DNA of 64,000 nt from an uncultured Gemmatimonadaceae bacterium (GCA_963740355.1 CAVUDW010000002.1:832001-896000), one strand, 5' to 3'. Numbered from the stretch's first letter, positions 53,504 to 64,000 are shown. Numbers and translations are program-made. Notes: a model not told the origin generated them from the letters alone.

Positions 53504-53922
53504 TGTCACGTGAACGAGGTGACGCGAAGATGTCGCGTCTGAGAGCACGCAGTGGGTTCACGATGGTGGAAGTGATCGTGGCCTCGGTGATCCTCGGCGC
53601 GGCGTTGCTCGCGATGGCGGGCTTCACGGTGCGATACCAACAGGTGGATGCCAAAGCCCGCTTCGTGAGCAAGGCGCAGCAAGCAGCCAACGAGCGGCTG
53701 GAGAAGGTGCGCACGGCGCAGCCCTACCTCTCGCTCGATACGATGGCGACCACTGAGAGCACCATCAGCGGCCTGCCGGGCTACTCACGCACGACCATCG
53801 TCACGCGCGTGGGCGGTTCGGCGACGGACACGGTCGACTATCGGATCGTGACCGTCCGCGTCACGACGCCGAATGGCGTGGCTGGAACGATCTCGAAAAC
53901 CTCGATGGTGGGGGCATTCTGA
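53500..53922 (+). CDS. PilV-like minor pilin
   Basis: RSG|FTMVEVIVASVIL; ATGA coupling to the upstream gene. Confidence 0.85.
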   Translation: MMSRERGDAKMSRLRARSGFTMVEVIVASVILGAALLAMAGFTVRYQQVDAKARFVSKAQQAANERLEKVRTAQPYLSLDTMATTESTISGLPGYSRTTIVTRVGGSATDTVDYRIVTVRVTTPNGVAGTISKTSMVGAF

Positions 53923-55091
53923 TGTCACGCATTCAGTTGGGTCACCCTCGAAAGGGTGCACAGCGGGCCGGCTTCACGACACTCGAGTTGCTGGTGGCAA
54001 TGTCGGTCACCCTGGTGATCATCGCGGTTGCAGCGCCGCTATACAGTGCGCAGACCAAGGCGGTCAACAACACGGCCGGCCGCACCGATGCCACACGCTC
54101 AGCCAGCTTCGGTGTCGATGCCATCGACCAGGACCTGCGCAACACAGGCGTCGGCGTTTTCGATGGCCAGCCCTTGATCGTGCGTGGCGCCCCCAATGCG
54201 GTCACGTTCAACGCCAACATGGTGACAGCGCGCTCGAACGACCTCGTGGCGGTGTTCTTCGACCCCGACGCCGACAGCACGGCGCTCGGCTCGCTCAACA
54301 CCTCGACCACGGTCACGCTGCCGAATTCGTCGATCACCTATCCGGCCGCGACCTACGTCAGCAATGCCGAGACGATCAGCTATTACACGAAGTCGGACAC
54401 CGGTGTCTCACCGCTGTCCGATGGGCAGCGTGTGGTGCTCTACCGGCGCGTGAATCGCATGCCGGAGGAGATCATTGCGCGCAACCTGATCCAGACCTCC
54501 AGCGTCCCGGCCTTCCGCTATTACAAGCGCAGCCTGTCTGGCGTGCTCACTGAATATTCGGCCAGCTCGCTGCCGCTCTATCACAGCGTCCCGAAGCATG
54601 CCACCGCCCCTGACAGCGGTGCGGCCGCTGCCGTCGATTCGGTGGCGGTTGTCCGCGTGAGCCTGATCGCGATGTACAAGGATCCGCGCGGCGCGACCGT
54701 GCTCGACACCGTGCAGCGCAATATTCGCATCGCGAACCAGGGGTTGCTCCAGCGCGCCCAGTGCGGTGAGATCCCGATCACCCCAGGCCAGCCGACGCTC
54801 AGCATCGTGCCGATCGCCGGCCTCAATTCGGTGAAGCTGGTGTGGTCGGCCAGCACCGACGAACTGACCGGTGAGCGCGACGTGGAGATGTACGCCGTGT
54901 ACCGCCGCCTCTTCGGGACGGTGGACTGGGGCGAGCCCCTTGCCAACGTGCCCGGTGCTGGCGTTGCGACGCTGCAGTACACCGACAACACCGTCGCACC
55001 CGGCACGAAGTACGACTATGCAATCTCCGCGCTCGACTGTACGCCCGCGCCGTCGGCGTTGACGGCATTTTCCTCGATCCTGGTGCCATGA
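53922..55091 (+). CDS. PilW-like minor pilin with a C-terminal Fn3-like domain
   Basis: RAG|FTTLELLVAM; V.LVWSAS.D...YAVYR...YTD..V.PG.KYDYAISA.D. Confidence 0.82.
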   Translation: MSRIQLGHPRKGAQRAGFTTLELLVAMSVTLVIIAVAAPLYSAQTKAVNNTAGRTDATRSASFGVDAIDQDLRNTGVGVFDGQPLIVRGAPNAVTFNANMVTARSNDLVAVFFDPDADSTALGSLNTSTTVTLPNSSITYPAATYVSNAETISYYTKSDTGVSPLSDGQRVVLYRRVNRMPEEIIARNLIQTSSVPAFRYYKRSLSGVLTEYSASSLPLYHSVPKHATAPDSGAAAAVDSVAVVRVSLIAMYKDPRGATVLDTVQRNIRIANQGLLQRAQCGEIPITPGQPTLSIVPIAGLNSVKLVWSASTDELTGERDVEMYAVYRRLFGTVDWGEPLANVPGAGVATLQYTDNTVAPGTKYDYAISALDCTPAPSALTAFSSILVP

Positions 55092-57097
55092 TGCGTCTCT
55101 CTTCACGACATCCGAAACGCCGCAGCGCTGCGCGCCCGGCTGATCGCCGAGGAATGGCGATCATCGTCACGTTGATCCTGACCGTTGCACTCGGCGCGTT
55201 GGCGCTGTCGGCGGTGTATCTCGCCAGCGGCACGAAGATGGGCATCGCCCTCTCGAACCGCGCGACCGACCTGCAGTACGCGGCAGATGCGGCGCTGCAG
55301 ATGGGCAAGAGCTACGTCAACGCCGATCCCGATGCGATGCCAGAGACGGGTTATCGCGAGATCACGTTCAACGGTGGCGTGCTGAAGGACGCCAGCGGGA
55401 CGGACCTTCCGGGCGTGAACGTGAAAGTGTGGGCGGGCCCAACTGGTGCAACGACCGGCCAGTTTGGCGCCTTCGGCTCGATCATCGCGCAGGCCACTGA
55501 CCAGACGGGCGCCAAGGTGGTGCGTCGCCTCGAGCTGGCGCAGGAAAACTTCGCACGCTTCGCGTACTGGTCGAATCGCGAGACGAACGGCGTCGGACCG
55601 ATCTGGTTCGGCGGCGGCGACGTGATCTTCGGCCCGACCTGGTCGAACGACACGGTACGCATCAACAGCAAGGGATCCCTGCCGTTCGCGGCGCAGTTCC
55701 GCGACGACTTCGGCACGGCGAAGATCATCATCCAGGCTGATCAGGGCGACTTCTGGAAGGGCTACACGCAGAACGCAAAGCCGATCACCATGCCGGCGCC
55801 TGCCGCGTTGTCGAACATGCCGACGTATGCTGCCAGTGGGCGCATGAACTTCAACGCGCCGTCGAACGGCGATGAGAAGACGGCCCGCATGCGCATCGAG
55901 TTCGTCAACATCGACATCGACGGCGACGGCAGCGACACCGATCCGCAGGATGGATTCATCCGCGTGTACATGCTCAATGGCGGATCGCCAGTCGAGTGGG
56001 TGCGTGGTGACGAAGCCGTGGGTGGCTCAGCGACGGACGTCATCACGCGCAAGGGTTTGTGCGGCGAGTGGCTTCGCGTGGGCGGCGTTGACCGCTTCTT
56101 CAGCGGAACGGCGCATGAAAGCACGACGATTCGCACCTGGTTGATGCTGCCAGTGCTCGCTGGCGGCCTCGGATGGTCGTCGGCAACCGCCACCAGCTTC
56201 GGCTTCACGAATGGCGCCGCGATGTCGAACACGCAGATCCGCGACATGCTTTCCCGCGACGGCACGATGGCGGTCGGCAACCGCTCGCAGTGCTTCCTCG
56301 GTGGCGCACCGGAACTGAACCCAGGCGTTGCGCCGCCCTACGGCGGTACCGCAACCACCTTCAAGAACTCCGATGCCTATGGCACCTGGCAGGCGTACGG
56401 CGGCGCGATCGACGCGCGCGTCTTGTTGCGCCGCCCGGCTGAAGCGGCCTACCTCTTCCCGCTCCATCGATCAGTGAACACCGGCGCGCGTGGCGTGATC
56501 AACGTCAATGGCACCACCGGCATCAGCGGCAAGCTGGTCGGACGCGTGACGCTGCATACGACGGGGACGATCGTCGTGCTCGACGACGTGACCTACGGCA
56601 CCAACCCAGCCACCACCGGGCGCTGCGTCGACGTGTTGGGACTTCTGTCGGACAAGGATGTCGTCGTGGCGGACAACATGCTGAACAACCAGACCGACGT
56701 CACGCCGGGTTCGAGCACGAACTACCGCATCGTGGACGACACCAAGGACCTCACGCTGCATTCGGTGGTGATGGCACTCAACACCTCGTTCCGTGTCGAG
56801 GACTACGCGGCTGGCCAGACGGCTGGCAACCCGTGTAATGGCAACGATCGTGGTCGCGGTTGTCTCGCGCTGCTTGGTGGCCTGATCCAGGAAGCCCGAG
56901 GTGCCGTCGGCACGACCAACGGCGCTGGTGGCGGTACTGGATTCGTGAAGCAGTACACGTACGACCGCTGCGCCAACCTGCGCCCACCGCCGTACTTCCC
57001 GACGACAGGACGCTACCTCGACAATCGATACATGGAAGTCGATCCGGTGACGTTCAACATCGGTACCCTGATGTCGAAATTGACACCGGCGCCCTGA
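55088..57097 (+). CDS. Large PilX-like pilin (~670 aa)
   Basis: RRG|MAIIVTLIL (no Glu+5), YAADAA, C-terminal GF.KQY.YD...PPYFP. Confidence 0.8.
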   Translation: MMRLSSRHPKRRSAARPADRRGMAIIVTLILTVALGALALSAVYLASGTKMGIALSNRATDLQYAADAALQMGKSYVNADPDAMPETGYREITFNGGVLKDASGTDLPGVNVKVWAGPTGATTGQFGAFGSIIAQATDQTGAKVVRRLELAQENFARFAYWSNRETNGVGPIWFGGGDVIFGPTWSNDTVRINSKGSLPFAAQFRDDFGTAKIIIQADQGDFWKGYTQNAKPITMPAPAALSNMPTYAASGRMNFNAPSNGDEKTARMRIEFVNIDIDGDGSDTDPQDGFIRVYMLNGGSPVEWVRGDEAVGGSATDVITRKGLCGEWLRVGGVDRFFSGTAHESTTIRTWLMLPVLAGGLGWSSATATSFGFTNGAAMSNTQIRDMLSRDGTMAVGNRSQCFLGGAPELNPGVAPPYGGTATTFKNSDAYGTWQAYGGAIDARVLLRRPAEAAYLFPLHRSVNTGARGVINVNGTTGISGKLVGRVTLHTTGTIVVLDDVTYGTNPATTGRCVDVLGLLSDKDVVVADNMLNNQTDVTPGSSTNYRIVDDTKDLTLHSVVMALNTSFRVEDYAAGQTAGNPCNGNDRGRGCLALLGGLIQEARGAVGTTNGAGGGTGFVKQYTYDRCANLRPPPYFPTTGRYLDNRYMEVDPVTFNIGTLMSKLTPAP

Positions 57098-57120
57098 CAG
57101 TACGACAACGACTGGAAAGC

Positions 57121-57162
57121 ACACGGCCCGGCGATGACTTCCATCGCCGGGCCGTGTCTTTT
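57121..57162. terminator. Terminator between pilin operon 2 and tdk
   Basis: Perfect 16-bp stem ACACGGCCCGGCGATG / CATCGCCGGGCCGTGT followed by CTTTT. Confidence 0.85.
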
Positions 57163-57181
57163 CAAGTTGGCGGAGCATGTA

Positions 57182-57796
57182 CTACAGCAGTGGCACCTGC
57201 GCCGCGTCGTCCCGCTCAACCCGATGACAGGCGCGACACCGCGCCTCGTACGACTGCTTCGCACCGACCATGATCGTCGGCGAATCCCATCGTGCGGGGC
57301 GGCCGTCGATCAGCCGCTGGTTGCGACTGGCCGGGTTGCCGCACAACACGCAGATCGCATGCAACTTGGTCACCTGCTCGGCCACCGCCATCAGCTGCGG
57401 CATGGCGCCGAATGGTTCACCGCGAAAATCAGTGTCCAGCCCCGCCAGGATCACGCGACGACCACGCTCGGCGAGTGCGGTCGCGAGCGAGATGATGCCG
57501 GCATCGAGAAACTGCACCTCGTCCACCGCCACCACCTGCGCCATCGGATCCAGCTTCTGTGCGATCTGCGACGCCGAATCCACCGGGATCGCCTCCAGGT
57601 CACGCCCGTCGTGACTGGAGACGTTGTACAACCCGGCATACCGATCGTCGAGATGGCTCTTGAACACCTGCACGCGCTTGCGGGCAATCGTCGCCCGCCG
57701 CACACGTCGCATCAGCTCTTCACTCTTGCCGCTGAACATCACTCCGGCGATCACCTCGATCCAACCGCCGGAGGATGTGACGAAGCCATCACTCAC
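57182..57796 (-). CDS. tdk: Thymidine kinase
   Basis: [32 protein letters not shown]...YEARCRAC. Confidence 0.96.
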   Translation of the reverse strand: MSDGFVTSSGGWIEVIAGVMFSGKSEELMRRVRRATIARKRVQVFKSHLDDRYAGLYNVSSHDGRDLEAIPVDSASQIAQKLDPMAQVVAVDEVQFLDAGIISLATALAERGRRVILAGLDTDFRGEPFGAMPQLMAVAEQVTKLHAICVLCGNPASRNQRLIDGRPARWDSPTIMVGAKQSYEARCRACHRVERDDAAQVPLL

Positions 57797-57802
57797 GGTG
57801 CC

Positions 57803-60002
57803 TTACTCCTCCGTGCGCGGACCACGACGGGAATTCCGCAGACGCTCAGCGCGTTCGGCGAAATCGTTGCCTTCGGTCCGCGGGCCTGACGGGCGCTCGC
57901 TCTGGTCGCGCGTGAAGCCACGGCCGGTTGGTGCACCACCTTCACGCGGCGGACGGGCGAAACCACCGCTGCTCGGACGCGCCGGACGATCGCTGCGATC
58001 GAACGCGCCACTGCGCGGCGGACGCGATGACGAACGGTCATCGCGCGAGAATCCACCCTCGCGCGGCGGACGCGCCGGACGATCATCGCGGCGGCGCGCG
58101 CGGCGGGCGGCTGAAGCCACCGCTGCTCGGACGCGCCGGACGCTCATCACGCGAGAATCCACCGTCACGCGGCGGACGCGCCGGGCGATCATCGCGGCTG
58201 AAGCCACCCTCACGCGGCGGACGGGTGAAGCCACCGCTGCTCGGACGGGCCGGGCGATCATCGCGCGAGAACGACGGACGTGCCGGGCGATCGCCTTCAT
58301 CACGACGCGGATAGCCACTGCGCTCACGCGCTGGCGGTGCACCCTCGTCACGACGGAAGCTCGGACGTGCTGGACGGTCGCCGCGATCACGCGAGAAACC
58401 GCCGCTGGAGCGGTCGTTGCCACCGCGGCGCGGTGGGCCACCACGCGACGACGACGCAGCCTTGGAACCGCTCATCGGGCCGGCGCGATCGATGCGCGCA
58501 ATGACTTGACGGTTGCGCATCGTGCTGGCGTTCATCGCCGCCACGATCTGTTCTGCATACTGGCCCTGAACTTCCACCAGCGTGTGGCTGTCACGGAGGT
58601 CGATGCTGCCGACGACACTGCGATCAAGCCCGCTTTCACCGGTGATTGCGCCAACGAACGACGATGCCGTGGCGCCATCATCGTTGCCGATGTTGAACCA
58701 CAGAATCTGGAACTCAGGCGGCGGGCCCTCAGCGCGTGGTGCCGCTGCGGGTGTGGCGGCCGGCGCTGCAGTCGGAGCCGGCGCGGAGACTTCGCCGTGC
58801 GTCGCCGCGGATTCCTGGGCGGCGTTGGCGGCCAGCGCGCGCTTCACTTCCTTCGGCTGCGCGGTGGTGACGCCGATGCGCAGTGCCTTCGCCGTCTCGC
58901 GCTCACGCTCGAGCAGGCGCAGTGCGGCGGCCGCGATTTCCAGCGCGTCGCTGTCGTCGAGCAGCGGCTCCAGCGCGGCCAGCTCACGTGCACTGACCCC
59001 TTCCGCAAGAATCTTGCGCAGCTCGCCGAGGCGGGCGCCGTCGCGACCGACGGCGTGGGCCATCGTGTCGGGCAGGATGAAGTAGGTGAGCGAGCCACCG
59101 GTGAGCAGCGAGCGCAGGTGCGCAACCTGACGCGGCGTCACCAGCGCAATGACCTGCACCGGGTGTCCGCCCAGCGCCGCGTCGAGCGCAGCGCGCGTCG
59201 GGGGCACATCGTACAACACCCGCAATGAGCTGTGGACTTCGACTGGGCCGGCGGAGGCCTTCACGTCACCATTGGTGGTGTCGTAGCCAAGTGCGCGCAG
59301 GGCTGCGTGCGCTTCGGCCACCTGCTCCGCTTCCGGCGCGACGATGATCGCCGACGGGGCGTTCACTGCATCGAGCACGCGACGCAACGCAGCGGTGCGC
59401 GTCGAGGCGCTCACCAGCACGTACTGGATGCTGATCGGCGCGCTGCCTTCCGCCACTACATCATCACCCACACGACGCGGGCGCTTCATGTACGACTTGG
59501 CGAACGCCGTGACCGCCTCTGTCTCGCCGGCCATCGTCACCGTGCGGGCGATGTCCTTCGGCAGTTCGGTCATGAGCGTCGTGATCGACGGCTCGTCGGT
59601 CAGCGCCAAGGTGAGATCGGCCTGCAGCACGTACAGCTGCGAGACCTGATCCAGCTTGAGCAAGCCGCTCGGCAGCAACGCCGCGAGGTCGGATGGAGCA
59701 GCGACGATCGCGGCCGGCGGGTTGGCCATCAGGCGAGCGCCGCGCGCGGCGGAGGTCACCGGCACCAGCACCGGGGCGGCATCGCCGGCAGGCAGGACTG
59801 CCTGTGCGACAGCCAGCGCCGTATCAGCATCGGGAACGAGGACGAGCAGGTGCACGCCCGGCTCACCAGCGGTGAGGCGATCCAGCGCGGGCTGGACGAG
59901 CGAAACCATCGCCGCCACGGTGGGTGGGGCGGTCAGGACCACCTGCTGATTGCGGGTGACCTTCGGAGCGGACGGGGTGGCGGACGTATCAGCCTTGGGC
60001 AC
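57803..60002 (-). CDS. Degenerate DEAD-box helicase-like protein with DbpA RNA-binding domain; frameshift near 58090
   Basis: Helicase-like layout without the GKT and DEAD motifs; DbpA-type LWFNIG..DG....FVGAI.GE.GL..VG.I; the repeat tail continues in another frame to 57803. Confidence 0.7.
57925..58290 (-). repeat. Coding tandem repeats (GGFSRDDRPARP / SSGGFxRPPREGG)
   Basis: Near-identical blocks such as gaagccaccgctgctcggacg recur at about 57960, 58113 and 58227. Confidence 0.8.
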
Positions 60003-60230
60003 GAGGGCCTCGGAGTGTTGCGAGAATCATTGATGCTGCCGGCGGGCCGACAGTCGGCGCGCAGAAACGGAGCTGGGATGTCAAACATCGAACTGCGCTG
60101 AATCCGTGGGGCGGGCGCGCCGGACGCAGCCTCGCGCCTGAACCGACCCTGGACACTCCGTTGCCGCCGGACTGTGGCGGATTAGCATACGGAAGCCCAA
60201 TAAGATACCCAGAAACCGTCCGCCGCCCAA

Positions 60231-61457
60231 ATGAGCCGCATGCCTGCCGAGTTCGCCCCCTCCCCGAACGTCGCCCAGCTTCGCCCCTCGGCGACCATCG
60301 CCGTCTCCGCCCGCGCCAAGGCGCTCAAGGCGCAGGGGCGTCAGATCATCGACCTCGGGGTCGGTGAGCCGGACTTCGATACCCCGGATTTCGTCAAGGC
60401 GGCGGCAGCACGCGCCGTGGCTTCGGGCCACACCAAGTACACCGCCACCGAAGGCATTCTCCCCCTGCGCGAGGCGATTGCGTCGCATGCGGCTGCCCGA
60501 TGGGCCGGACCGGTGGCAGACGCTCCGTCCGCCGCCGACGTCGTCGTGAGCAACGGCAGCAAGCAGACGCTCTTCAACGCCTGCTTCTGTCTCTTCGGCC
60601 CCGGCGACGAAGTCCTGATTCCGACGCCGGCCTGGACCAGCTATGTCGAGATCGTGGCGCTCGCCAAGGCGACCCCGGTGGCTGTGCTCGGTGATCCGTC
60701 CAACGGCTTCCAGGTCACGGTCGCCGATCTCGAGGCCGCCGCCACACCGCGGACCAAGGGCTTGATGCTCAACTCGCCCAGCAACCCCACCGGCGCGACC
60801 TGGGATGCCGCAGTGCTGAAGGAGATCCTTGAGTTTGCCCGCGCGAAGGGCTGGTGGGTGCTGAGTGACGAGATCTATCGTCGCATTTCGTACGAGACGC
60901 CCGCGGCCTCGGCGCTGGAACTGGTCACCGATCGCTCGAACCTCATCATCGTCGATGGCGTCGCGAAGTCCTATGCCATGACGGGTTGGCGCATCGGCTG
61001 GGCGGTTGCGCCGCGCGCGGTGGCGAAGGCGATGACCGATCTGCAGAGCCACACCACGTCGAACCCCGCCACGCCGAGCCAGTACGCTGCGCTGGCGGCG
61101 TTGACCGAGCGCGATGCGGCCGAGGAGAGCATCACGGCGATGGTCCGTGCATTCCGCAGCCGACGGGATGCCGCGATGGTGCTGCTGGACGAAGAAGGGG
61201 CCCCGCCGTACATCCATCCCTCCGGCGCGTTCTACTTCTTCATCGATGTCAGCGCCATCCCAAATGGTGGCGACGACGCGGGGACGGTGTTCGCGGCGGC
61301 GATGCTCGAGGAACACGGCGTCGCGATCGTGCCCGGTACAGCGTTTGGCACACCGGGATGGGTGCGCTTGAGCTATGCCGCCGCCGAAGCGGATGTGCTC
61401 GAGGCAGTCCGCCGCATCGTCAGCGCCTATCGCGCGATGATGTCGGTTCCGGCGTGA
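60231..61457 (+). CDS. Class I/II PLP aminotransferase (aspartate aminotransferase-like)
   Basis: GEPDFDTP, NSPSNPTG, SDEIY, AKSYAMTGWRIG. Confidence 0.92.
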   Translation: MSRMPAEFAPSPNVAQLRPSATIAVSARAKALKAQGRQIIDLGVGEPDFDTPDFVKAAAARAVASGHTKYTATEGILPLREAIASHAAARWAGPVADAPSAADVVVSNGSKQTLFNACFCLFGPGDEVLIPTPAWTSYVEIVALAKATPVAVLGDPSNGFQVTVADLEAAATPRTKGLMLNSPSNPTGATWDAAVLKEILEFARAKGWWVLSDEIYRRISYETPAASALELVTDRSNLIIVDGVAKSYAMTGWRIGWAVAPRAVAKAMTDLQSHTTSNPATPSQYAALAALTERDAAEESITAMVRAFRSRRDAAMVLLDEEGAPPYIHPSGAFYFFIDVSAIPNGGDDAGTVFAAAMLEEHGVAIVPGTAFGTPGWVRLSYAAAEADVLEAVRRIVSAYRAMMSVPA

Positions 61458-61503
61458 CGCGTTCCGGACGCCACTTCTTCTTAAACTCCAGCCACCGCGG
61501 GCG

Positions 61504-61782
61504 ATGATCACGACGATCGTGCTGATTCAGGCCAATCCGATGACGATTCCGGTCACTGCGACGGCGCTCGCCGAGATTCGCGGCGTGGCCGAGGTCTATT
61601 CCGTCAGCGGTGCGTGGGACCTGGTGGCAATCGTGCGCGTGCCGGAGCTGGATGACATTGCCAATGTCGTCACCGAGGAGTTCACCAAGGTGCCGGGCAT
61701 CGTACGGACCCAGACGCTCACCGCATTCCGCGCCTACTCGAAGAAGGACCTCGAGCAGGCGTGGGACATCGGCGTGGAGTGA
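61504..61782 (+). CDS. Stand-alone Lrp/AsnC ligand-binding domain protein
   Basis: GVAEVYSVSG.WDLVAIVR...VPGI..TQT. Confidence 0.85.
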   Translation: MITTIVLIQANPMTIPVTATALAEIRGVAEVYSVSGAWDLVAIVRVPELDDIANVVTEEFTKVPGIVRTQTLTAFRAYSKKDLEQAWDIGVE

Positions 61783-62786
61783 GCACCGGCGTGCCGGCGG
61801 TCGGTCGCGCCGTCGACGCCGCCCGGAGTGCGTTACGTGCATCGCTGGGTGACCGGGTGCGCAGCGCCGGACCAGATCGAACCGAGGCGCTGGCGCAGGA
61901 TGGTGCACCGCTGATGCAGCACGCCGCTGTGCGCCTGCTCGGTGGCATCGTGACGGTGCAGGATGTCACGCCGCCAACTCGTGCCTCTTTCGAGGGATTT
62001 CTCGACGGCATCCAGCGGAGCACGACCATCGCCTACCTCGACGGTGTGCCGTTGTTGCATGGCATTGCGGCGGCGGCGATTCGCGAACGTGATCGCTCAG
62101 GGCGGATGACGACCTGGCGCGCGCCGATGATCGACTACGCCGTGTATGCCTCGCGTGCGTTGCTCGGTGACGACACCTGGGATGACGTCGAAGCGGTGCT
62201 CGAATCGCGTGGCCATGCGCTCCGGGATACCGACAACGCCCTGCCCGTGCCCTCGCGCCATCCCTCGTCACTGCTGCGACAGGCACTCGATTCGCTGTCG
62301 CGCGTGCGGAATGACATCGAGCGCGAGATGGGTGACGCGTGGTGTGATGCCCATGCGGAACGACCGCTCTACGTCGATGGCTCGGTGCGCACGAGCCACG
62401 CCATGATGCGGAGCCCGGGCGTGGTGGGCGTCGTGAAAAGTCACGCGACGCTCTATGTGCCCGACGATGCCCTGACCACGGTGTCCGCGCTCGACGCCGG
62501 CCAGCGCACCTCGGTCATTGCCGCGCTGGATGACGCCCAGCGGCCACGATTCTTCACCTGGTACCTGCGCCTGCGCAGCGCCGCTGGACGCGACCCCTTC
62601 TTCGGGTTGATTCGCGTCGAGTGCGGAGTGCGCGACGCATCCGACGCCGTCGCCGAGTCGCATGCCGATGTCGTCAGCGCGTGGTTGCTGGCAGAACGTG
62701 CACCGATCGCCAAGCCCGACGCGCGTTGGGACGTCATGCCGTACGCCATTCGTGATTGTGAAGTGTATCTGAGGGCGGTTGCGTGA
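61779..62786 (+). CDS. NurA-like nuclease
   Basis: Acidic motifs FLDG and YVDGS, VGVVKSH, WYLRLR; immediately upstream of herA. Confidence 0.65.
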   Translation: MSTGVPAVGRAVDAARSALRASLGDRVRSAGPDRTEALAQDGAPLMQHAAVRLLGGIVTVQDVTPPTRASFEGFLDGIQRSTTIAYLDGVPLLHGIAAAAIRERDRSGRMTTWRAPMIDYAVYASRALLGDDTWDDVEAVLESRGHALRDTDNALPVPSRHPSSLLRQALDSLSRVRNDIEREMGDAWCDAHAERPLYVDGSVRTSHAMMRSPGVVGVVKSHATLYVPDDALTTVSALDAGQRTSVIAALDDAQRPRFFTWYLRLRSAAGRDPFFGLIRVECGVRDASDAVAESHADVVSAWLLAERAPIAKPDARWDVMPYAIRDCEVYLRAVA

Positions 62787-62847
62787 CCACGCCGCGCCGT
62801 GCACCTGTCCATGGTCGTCCCGTGTTTTCCTGGAGTTGGATTTCGTC

Positions 62848-64000
62848 ATGATCGATACCCCGGACGCTGAGGTCCGCCGCCCGCTTGGGCGAGTGGTGGC
62901 CACCGAGCGTCGGCCGAATACGCCGCACGAATTCCACTTCTGGACCGCGCTCGATGCCAACGTCGGCATCGGCACCATCGTGCGCGTCGATGGCAGTGTG
63001 GCGGTGAACGGGCACGTGCCGCAGATCTTCGGCGTGGTGATGGAAGGGCAGAGCTGGACCGATATGCTCTCGCCACTCGATGATGTGTTGGGCCGCGACG
63101 GACAGCCGGATGGTGGGCTGGTGGCCACCCAACGCACCGAGATCCGGCTGTATACGGCCAGTGTCTTGCGCCACATGCCGGAAGAGCCGCTTCAACCGGT
63201 GCCAATGGGCACTGTGTGGCTGGCCGATGATCACGACATCGCGCTCGCGCTGCGCATGGATGGATACGTCGGGAAGACGGCGATTCCAGTCGGCCTGTAC
63301 CGCAGTGGTGGCATCGAAAGCCCGGTGTTTCTCGATGCCGATTTCCTGCTCGGCCCGGAAGCGGCGCATCTCAACATCACCGGTGTCAGCGGCCTCGCCA
63401 CCAAGACCAGCGCTGTCGAGTGGTTGCTGCAGTCGATCTTTGCGCACTTCCCCGCCGACAAGGGATCGGTGGCCGCGGTCTGCTTCAACGTGAAGGGTCC
63501 GGACCTTCTTTATCTCGACCAACCGGCGACGCTGGCGCCAGAAGACGTCGCGATGTACGACAAGCTTGGCGTACCGGCGCAGCCATTCCAGAATGTGCAG
63601 TACTATGCGCCATACGATGCTGCCTTGCGCGGACTGGCCACGATTCGCAGCAACGAGGCGCTGCAGCACAACGTGCAGCCGCTGACGTGGGGCCTGAAGG
63701 AAGTGCTGCAGTACGCCGTCACGCTGCTCGACCGCGAGGACATAGACGCCAAGGCCGACGCGCTGATCGACTTCATCACCGATCGTGTGGTGGGCCAGAA
63801 GTTCAAGGACCCGATGCTCGGTGGCGAGATGATCGTGCAGACCTTTGCCGATCTCGATCACTGGTTCCGCACATTGCTCGACGCCCTGGAGTCGAAGGAC
63901 GCGCAGAGCTGGCGCACGCACCATGTGGCCACGATTCGCAAGGTGCGCAACCGCCTCGTGAACCTCGCCACGCGGTGCGCCGGCCTGGTGACCGATGGCG
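62848..64000 (+). CDS. HerA-family ATPase with HAS-barrel N-terminus; runs off the window edge
   Basis: Not in the ORF track. ATG at 62848 gives LGRVVATE...FHFW, the Walker A variant HLNITGVSGLATKTS, and FNVKG.DLL.LD. Confidence 0.85.
   Translation, partial: MIDTPDAEVRRPLGRVVATERRPNTPHEFHFWTALDANVGIGTIVRVDGSVAVNGHVPQIFGVVMEGQSWTDMLSPLDDVLGRDGQPDGGLVATQRTEIRLYTASVLRHMPEEPLQPVPMGTVWLADDHDIALALRMDGYVGKTAIPVGLYRSGGIESPVFLDADFLLGPEAAHLNITGVSGLATKTSAVEWLLQSIFAHFPADKGSVAAVCFNVKGPDLLYLDQPATLAPEDVAMYDKLGVPAQPFQNVQYYAPYDAALRGLATIRSNEALQHNVQPLTWGLKEVLQYAVTLLDREDIDAKADALIDFITDRVVGQKFKDPMLGGEMIVQTFADLDHWFRTLLDALESKDAQSWRTHHVATIRKVRNRLVNLATRCAGLVTDG

Noticed and set aside
62848..64000. HerA as part of an anti-phage system (e.g. 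Sir2-HerA)
   Set aside because: The partner is NurA-like, the context is housekeeping and the composition is native; the downstream part is not visible

Overview
GC-rich bacterial chromosome segment. The gene content and style suggest Gemmatimonadota, which is my inference. Most of it is housekeeping: metG, PSP1/RicT, accA, dnaE, a UvrD-type helicase, a lipA-pdhABC-lpdA-lipB block, a dpp/opp ABC system plus a POT transporter, a lipoate ligase, gcvP/gcvH, coaE, tdk, an aminotransferase and a nurA-herA pair. There are also two paralogous type IV minor-pilin operons. The standout is a complete ~1.15 kb IS110 element (15611-16756, minus strand). Its 195-nt non-coding left end holds a two-loop bridge-RNA-type structure whose guide segments match its own donor junction (ACAGCTA-CT-TGTAT) and its insertion site (TCTGCGC-CT-CTGCG). 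The insertion site is one arm of a nested REP/REPIN-like palindrome. Other notable items: a 7-copy 27-bp palindromic array with IHF-like linkers, a leader motif shared by both pilin operons, an RBS-occluding hairpin, a membrane-domain/cytochrome c peroxidase fusion, a DEAD-box pseudo-helicase and two apparent frameshifts. All calls come from reading the sequence and recalling family motifs; no searches or folding computations were run.
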